Part shown: positions 18,635 through 27,600 of the stretch, in pieces
Layout of the letters: each line of letters begins with the position of its first letter
Position numbering within the stretch: position 1 is the first letter of the stretch
Assembly: GCA_029261035.1 (NCBI GenBank)
Contig: JAJDCD010000005.1
Location: forward strand, 27,516-91,515
From: Candidatus Omnitrophota bacterium
GTDB taxonomy: Bacteria; Omnitrophota; Omnitrophia; Omnitrophales; JACROU01
DNA length: 64,000 nt
Direction: 5' to 3'
Program-made: the position numbers and the translations under genes
The notes under the pieces: model-generated
The model's database searches: none
The model's input: only the letters and a program-made list of their open reading frames with translations
Told to the model about the DNA's origin: nothing

Positions 18635-21600
18635 ATGAATAGTTATTCTGGTCAACCTAATTCGTGTCAGGTTGAAAGGAATGTTTTGTTAAAAAAGGTT
18701 GGAAGCCTTTTGGTATTCTTTTTCTTCCTAATAAACTCTGTTTTTTATCCCATTTCAGAAGTTTGGTCTAATCCAACTTTTAATTCCATTGTGATCCCAT
18801 CTGTTAATAAAATAGAAATTCCAAAAGAGTTTGGAATTGTTGAAGAAGTTTACCAATCGCCTACAGCCACAGAAAATAATCCTCTTATTATTTATCTTCA
18901 AGATGCTCACTGTATTTATGAAGCACAATTCAATATTAAAAATTTAATTCAATCCTTTCAAGAAGAGCATAATCTTAATTTGGTGGCGCTGGAAGGGGGC
19001 TCAGGTGCTTTAGAGACAGATTTGTTTCGTTCTTTTCCAGTTCAGGAAATTAAAGAAAAAGTTATTGATGGTTTTGTCCGAAAGGGTGAGCTGTCAGGAG
19101 CAGAGTATGCGGCTATTGTTAACCCCAAAGAGTCTACTTATTGGGGCATCGAAGATATGGATATCTATTATGAAAATAAGGAAGCATTTTTAAAGTCTAT
19201 TGAAGTTAAGGAACGCGTTGATATGAAGTTGTTGGATATTCGTAGATGGCTCAAAAAGAAAAAAGATGAAATCTACTCAAAAAGATTAAAAGAAAATTTT
19301 GATAAATCAGAGGATTATGAGACGGAAAGAATTAATTTATTGGAATACATCAAGTATTTGATTGCTTCGGCAAAATCATTGAATTTGGATTTATCTTCTT
19401 ACGTTGCTATGGCTGAGTTGCTTCAAGGGATGGAAAGAGAAAAAACAATTGATTTCACTCAGGCTCAGAGCGACGCGTTCAATATGGAACGGGATGTGGA
19501 ACGTTTCTATAAGAACAGTTCCGGTGCTGAAGCTCAAGAGGCGCTTAAAGATTTTCAGTCTAAAATTACAGACTTTAAAGAAAGAAAAGTTGAAAAAGAT
19601 CAATTTTATCCTTGGTTGTGGTCTTACGCTAAGAGAATGGGTGTTGTTTCTGAAGGGGAGGGAAAAAGCCAATATCGAAATCTATCTCATTATATCAATC
19701 ATTTAAATCAATTAGAACAAATTCAGGGAGAGGAACTATTTAAAGAACTAGAGCAAATCGATCGAGAAATTAAAAGTCAGTTATTTGAAAATGAAGAGCA
19801 AAAAATACTAGATCAACACTTCTATCACTTAAAAATATTAGAAAATTTGTCAAAGCTTGAGTTGACGCGTGAAGAGCTTGCATATTATCAGTCGAATAAA
19901 GAGCTATTTGAAGAACAGCAATTTTGGGAGTTTATGGATCGTAATATGGGCCGTTTAGAATTGGATGACTTATTTCAACCTCATATGAAATTTTATGATG
20001 CGGCTCTCAAAAGAGATCAGGTGCTTTATGATAATTTAATGAGTCTTATGGATAAACAAAATAAAAAATTTGCTATGGTTGTTACAGGAGGGTTTCATAC
20101 CGGTGGAATTAAAGAAAAATTTAAAAAAGAAGGGTTTTCATACCTTGTTTTAACTCCTCGAATCACACACTTTGATGATGAGACACCTTATTGGGATGTG
20201 ATGAAAGGAAAGGTTTCTTATGCTAAGTACAAGCAGACGACAACTCTTTCCCCAGAGCTTGCGCTGAATGTTTATAAAGAAGCAGCAGCTCAAGAAATAT
20301 CAAATCAATTAGCTCAAGCGATTACTGATGACTTGCCTTCTGTTTTAAATCAATGGAAACAAAATATTTTGCAACGTCAAGCGCAAGGTGAAAATCAGGT
20401 GCAGATTGTGGATGGATTGATTAACCAGTTTGTTTTGGGGTTGAAAGAGGTTGGTTTAGAGGGAAGTGCTGCGGAACAACTTCAAAAGGCGCTTAATGCT
20501 TATTTTCAAGGACAATTGGAAGTGGCGGTGAAAAGCATTGAAGCTTTAGAGAACCTGTTGAGCAGCCCCGATATAGAAGGTGTTTCTCCTATAGATGTGC
20601 AGAATGTGCTCCAGCAAAATCAGCAAACCAGAGCGGAGGTGCAAAACCTAGAATCCGCAAATGCATTTTCATTAGGAGATGTTAAGGCAGCTTATACAGA
20701 AATCGAAACAGAAATGCAGCTTCTTGGTTTGGATTTTCAAGATTTCAATCTGTTTACGGCTCTTTTGCCACGGGGCGAAGGTACACGGGAAGAGTTTGCA
20801 ATCAAAGTAACTCGTTATTTAGAATCGGTTGAGAACCCTGAAGTTTCTCTAACAGAATCGGAAAGAAGCGAGAATTTAAAATTAGATAATTTTTTCAAGG
20901 GGTCATTTAAAAGGGGTATTTTTTCAGATGAAATTCCTGCATCGAAAATCAGTGCTGCTAGAGTTGTTTTGGACAAAATTAAAACATTGCTTCCTTCAGC
21001 GCAGGATGTTTTCGAAAAAGAAGAAGCAGAGTTTCAAGAGAAAAAAGGGCAAGTTTTAACATATTTGCAGTCTGTGAGGTATTCGCCTGGGATCGCTTTA
21101 GAGGAGCTGTTGAATTTCCGCTCAATTACCAATGAGACAGGCCAGCCTGTTTTTCCAGGTGGCCTGTGGGATTATGAAGACCTGGACCGAATGGACGAGG
21201 ATGCGGACGTCGTAGCAGCTATAGAAGCAGCCTCTAGTCTGTATAGGGAAGAAGAAGGGCGTGTCGCTTTAGAACAAGAACTTTTAGCTGAGCGAAAAAG
21301 GCAAGAGAAGGAAACAGCGATACGTAGTTTTTATGCAGATATTTTAAATGCAAATCAAAGTGACTTTGATGCTTTGATAACGGAATTACAAGGCAGTGAG
21401 AAAGCGCTTGAAAAGCGTTTAAGTCCTTTAGGAATTGCAGTGGCTATCACGTCCAGTACGGGAGAGACGGAATTTAAGGAGTTGAGTCTTTGGGATTTTG
21501 ATACTTTGGATATTTTGGAACGGCCGGACATACAAGCTCTTAAACTAAGTTCGGAACAGAAAATAAGAACGGAAATAGAGCGAAGGAAAAGAGTGGAGGA

Positions 21601-24600
21601 AGCAGCAAAAGATGCACAGAGAATCAATGACTTTAATCGACGTGCTGCTTTAGCAGCTGACTATTTCAAAAATTTAACATTGGATCCGCAAAAAGAACTG
21701 CAAGAAATTTTGGATGGAATTTATCAGCTTAAAGATAAAAATGGAGCGTCTGTTGTTAGTCTTTGGTCTCTAGACTCTGTCGAAGATCATTCCGATGTTC
21801 AATCGGCAAAAGCATCTGCGATTGACAGATTAACTCAAGCTAAACAAGAGTGGGATCGGATCAATCAGCAATATGCAGAAAGTAGCCAATTTGTAGATCG
21901 AGCAACGAAAGTAAGTCAGTTGACACAATATTATGATGGGTTATTAGGTCAGTATCAGCTGGGTATGGATATTGAACAAATGGCATCTCCCTTCCAAGCA
22001 ACCTACGTTACAGTCAATGAAGCTGGTGAGCAAGTTCAGAGCAGAGTTTTGAATGGGTGGACGGATTCGGATTGGAGTATTTCTGAGTTAGATGAAGTAA
22101 AGGCTTTGGCTGAAAAAGTAAAAGCACAGCTTGAAACTAGAAAAACAGAATTAGAAATTTTAAATCAGCAGTATGCTGAGAACCAGGAGTTTATATCCTA
22201 TGCCAACCGTATTCAAAAGCAGATTCGATTTTATAACAATTTAAGTTATGAACCCGGTATGGATGTATTTGAAGCTGCTGATATTTATCGTAACTCTGAA
22301 CTGAGACCACTTTTTAGTATTTGGGAAGATGACTCATCACAAAAAGACGTGCTTGTACTTAAAGCTAGAAATAATGCTTTAGATCGTTTGGCTAGGCAAG
22401 AAGCAGCATCTGAGGAATCGTTGCTTCCGCAAGGTTTTTATGCTGTGCATTCAGCCACAGCAGCGCAAAAAATAGCTTCTATTTTAGATGCAGCTGTATC
22501 GAACAATCCGAGGCTAGCCACGCGAATACAAATCAATAAAGATAATGGTGCGGTTAAGGATATTAAACTCGATAATTCCTTCTTAGATGTGGAACAAGAT
22601 GGAAACCCTCTCACCAGAATTTCTTCTTCGTTAGAGGATTGGTCCGGTATTACTCCTGGAGAAAATTTCAAAGGGTTAAGTTTGGACGACTCTAAAGTTC
22701 TGTTGGAGATAGATAATCTGTTATTTTCGATTGATGGCGAAGGAAATTATGAGGAAGTGAGCGCTCAATCATTGGGAGTGAGGGAGATTTATGAAGAGTT
22801 AGAGGAAGATTTGGAGCTTTTAAAAATAACACCGCGGCAATTTCAAAGCTTAGCTCACGATCTTAAAGCAGCATCCAAGAATAGGAGGAATTATATAGCG
22901 ACGGTACAAAAGGTTGTGGATACGCTCCTTTCTGGAAATGAGCATGTTTATTCTGCAGATGAACAGTCTGTCAAAGATGTGATTGATCGTTATTTTAGAG
23001 CAGGGCTTAAGAAAAAAGGAATTTTTTCTAGAGCTATTCCTTCACAAAATATTAAAGCGGCTGAAGATGTGTTGAGCCGTATAGCAAGCTTTGTTTCTAG
23101 AGGAAAGCGGCTTCAGACCTCTTTAGCTAAAAAAATCAGTGAAAAATATAATGTAGGGCAGGTAGATGCTGAACGTCGAGCCAGTGAATTGGTGAATACT
23201 CTTTTTGATCGAGGAGAAAGCGCTCAGGATCTGATGCAAGTCGCGAACGAATTAATAAAAAATATAAGAATTAATCAGCCAGGAGTAAAAAACAAGGGGC
23301 GTCTTGATTGGTTAGAGTTTTTTGAGTTGCTTGAGGTTTCTCCGGATATTACGGCCCAACAACTTTTGACGCTTATTCAAAATTTTGCCGAAAAGAACAT
23401 TCCAGCAGGCCCTTTTCTTGATTTTGCCCAGGCTTCTGAAAGTTCTAGTCAAGACTCAGAACGGTCCATAGTAGATCAAGATATAGGCCGAATCGTTGCT
23501 CCATTTAAGGACTATGGCATTAAAAATCTGCGTCATTTTGTTAATGCATTTAGTGTTGAGGGGGAAGAAGGAGCATCTTATTTTAGTTTATTTAGTAGAA
23601 ATAATGGTCCTCAAGAGCTGGACTTTATTAAACGTTTAGGAAGGATTTTTCCATCGGCCATTAACACTCAGGACGTAGTAGATCGCTTTACAGATGCAGG
23701 GTTAATTCAAGAAGATATCGGTGTGTATTTATCAGATGCTCTTGCGCAGGGAGAGCAGCTAGGTCGATTAACTCAGCTTAGCCGTATCCTTATCGAATTT
23801 AGCATTGACGAGGAGAATGAAGATGCCGTTAGAGCATTCCTTTTATCCATTCAGTCAAAATTACCTGATTCTTTTTCCGGTATCCGAGAGGTTGTGAATA
23901 AAATTGTTGTTCAAACGAGTATTAACCCGATTGAAGTGCAGCCCTTTTATGAATTTAATCAAGGAATTGCTTTCTCTGATGAGCACAAAAAACTAGTGCT
24001 GGCTTCCGTTTTATTACGTCAAGCTCAGGTTTCTGAAGCTGACGTGTTCAATTTACTCAATACAAACAAATCACTTTCTGAATTAGGCATTGAAGTGAGT
24101 AATCAGGTTGCTAAAGAGTTTTATGTTACAGCTTTTGATGATCGAGGTTTTTCACAGATTAGGAAGCGTTTAGGAGATCTTGTAAATAAAATTAATGCTT
24201 CAAACCCTCAAAAGCGTTTTGCGTACCGCCAATCTGGATCCGATTTGCTTAAGACACGAAAGGACCAACTTTTGATGGCTATTCGCCGAGCAAAAATTAA
24301 GGAAGAACAGCGTGTCGAGGCAGAAGAGAGGAGAAAGGTATTCGAAAGACAGGCAGCGGAACAACGGGTTCTCGAGTCACCGGTCCGTATTAAGCAATCT
24401 CTTATAAAGGGTGAGCCAATCATTATCGACTCGAATAATCCTATTACGTTTGAATTGGCAGGACAATCAGATTTTTCACTCTCGTTGTTGCCTTTATCGA
24501 CAGGGGAAATTGGAATTTATCTTGTAAATCAGGCCGGTCAGTCTTTTCCTTTAAATATAGGAACGAATAATGTGCTTAGAGAAGGAGAAGACATCTCTAT

Positions 24601-27600
24601 TGGAAGAAGCGAGTTAGAATCTTTTAATTTGCCAGGAATAGTGAGGGTTTCAGGGAGTCATCTGAAACTACGGGTGGATGCGAAAGCAGATGGGTCTGGG
24701 AAACACATTTCCATTACCGACACTTCCAAAAATGGGACAGTAATTCAAGTAGATGGAACTCTTGGGTCGTTGGGAGACAACTTGTCTTCGGCAATAGCAG
24801 ATCGTGTGAGAAAGGCAAATATAGATGCGGTAGTTTTGGACTTGATAGCCGATAAGCCGACAGGGTTCCCTGTGGGCGTGAATATGCAGGAGTATAGTCG
24901 TATAGAAGGCATTTTGTCTGAATTGGGAGGCAGTCAGCTGAGAAGAAATGAAGCCGCTTTAAAAAGGGTTCTGCGGGCTGCGGTTCAAAAGATGTCTTTA
25001 CCTACATTAGAAGAATCGCTGGAACAGGGAAGGAACCTTAGAGTTGATGGTCAGTTTGATCAGGCGATTGATTACTATTTAAATTTACCGGTACAGCAGC
25101 AACAAAATGTGAATGTACAGCTTGGATTATTTCATTCTTATTTGGGAGCGAAGCAGTTAGAAAATGCGGCCTCTGTTTTAGAGGATCTTAATATCAGCAG
25201 GACGTTAAGTGATTATGAAAAAGAAGCGCGCCGAGGACAATTAGAAAGATTTAATACAGAAGGTATTCCTTATATGCTTTTAGATGCCGCAATTGGAGCA
25301 GAATATGTGGATGTCAAAAAAGCCTATCGAAAGCTCATGATTAAATATCATCCGGATCGATACGGCAATGAATCTCAAGAAATTCAGGATGCGGTTAAAA
25401 ACATTTCTGCTGCATTAAACGGAGCGCATACCTCCATAGAAATAACAGCTAAATCTTTAGGGCAATTAGGAACATTAGATAAGATTCAGGTGAGAAGTGA
25501 TGAAAGTTTAAATACGTTGATCCCATTTATTCAAAGGACGCGAGATAACAGCTTAAAAAGAAGATTAGATTCAATTCTATCGAAACCTCCGAATCAAAGA
25601 GATGTTCGAGAAGTCAACCAGCTGATTCAGCAGATTGCTAGAGGTCTTAAAGTACATCCATCTCGACTGTTTAAGAGTCCGGTACAGCCACAGCGCTCGA
25701 GAGGGGCGGCTGTTTTGAGCCGTACCCGAAGAGCTCCTGAAAGAGCCCCTCGTTTGGTACCTAGTGGAAGAAGAGAACAGGTTCCTGTAAAGCGTCAACG
25801 AAGAAGACGAGTCGCGCCTCCTCAAACTCCACAAGTCAGAATTCAAGATAAGTCCCTTTATGATCAAGAAGCACAAGCAATTCAAAGAGCACTTCAAGAG
25901 GCAGAGAGACGGGCTGCATTCTCAAGAGAGCAGCAACGTGTGAGACGAGAAGCGCGGATTGCTGCAATTGAAGAACAACTTAAAAAGCCTTTGGTGGAAC
26001 GTTTGGAAACAGTTTCATTAGAGGAGGTCGAGTCTATTTTGCAAGGATCTATTGCATCTGGAATACAAGGGCGCCGTAATTATTTTAAGGATTCGGTTAC
26101 GGGAGATTATTACTTACTTAAAGAGATGACTTTTGCAACATTTGGAGATGTTCTTCATTCTGAGGTTTCTGATTTAGTTGGTTTTGATAGTGTGCGTGCA
26201 GAATATGTGGAGAATTTTAATGGCAAGACTGGTTTGCTAACAAAGATTGTTAGAGATTCTCAAACTTTGGGTGATTTTACGCGATTTTCTAATCATGGAA
26301 ATATAGACTCTAGAGGTGTTGTTCAAGATTTAAAAAAAGCAAGCGTTGTTGATTTACTTTTACTAGATGAGGATCGTTTTGCGAATAACTTCTTAGTGAC
26401 GGTGTCTGTTGATGGTAAGGCCCGACTTCATTCCATAGATCACCCTCCTTCTGAAATTGATTCTTACACAAAATATTTAGAGACGCTTGGACTAACAGAG
26501 CAAAATGTAGGTCGGGGTAGAAGTTTTGCTTCTGATCTTGAAGCTGTAGGTCGTTTAGTAGATCTTCAGAAGATCGTGGATGATATTACCAAACAGAGTC
26601 AGTTTGGTAATAATGCTAAAAAAGAAATAGCTCGAAGATTTCAAATTATTTCTCAGAATTTGTTTAATAGTGGAAACCCAGAAGATCAGAAAATGGCTTC
26701 GAAAATTGGAGGGAAGTTAAGAGATTATTTAATTCTCCAAGCATATGTGAAAAATCAGTTGAGTCAGGCAGTCCAAGTGAAAGGAGCTAATGGAGTGACC
26801 CTTCGAGGATCTCGATATTTTGGACTGAATGACCAAGACATTGATTTTAACAGAGATTTATTACCCGTCATTACAGAGTTAAAAGAAAAGTTAACGGATG
26901 AGAAAATAGACTCTATTTTAGAATCTGCTAATATTCCGCAAGAAAAGAGAAATGCAGTAAGAGAAACAATGCGTCTACGTCGAGATTTGATTGAAGAGGT
27001 TTTGAGAGAATATTATTCTCGTCCAAGAGAGATTGATGCCTCTATCGGTTATTTAACACCAGATGATGTTACGAATGAGCTGCTTATTACAGACCGTGTT
27101 TTTCAACGAGCAGTTGAAAAAGAGGTGTTGCCCGTATTAGAAGAGATCCGGGATACCGCTTTATCTGAAGGGAAGGTTGAAGTTTTAGTTGAAAGAGCAA
27201 AGTTAAGCAAGGCTTTAGTTCAAGTGGCTGTAAAGTTAAAACGTCTTACAGCAGATTTTACTACTCGGGTAGGAGAAACGCCTCGCCCCGATGAAAATGT
27301 AGTGAAGTCCAATCAAGGGAAAGATTTGATTGATTTAAGAATTTATCAGTTGCTCTTCTTTGTGGAGCAGTTCAACCAAATTGTGGATACTGCTGGAAAA
27401 ACGCCTATACAGAAGTTAATTCTTGGAAGGTCTACAGCAGAAATAGCTCCTTTGCTTCGTTTATCACCACAAAAAGGAGTTGTGAACAAAGACATCTATG
27501 CTGCAATTAAGTCCTTGTCTGTGTTAAGTCGTCCAGCTCCAACGAATCCCAATTTTAATAACTTAATGCAGAGACGAGAAAATAAATTAGAGTTAGATGC

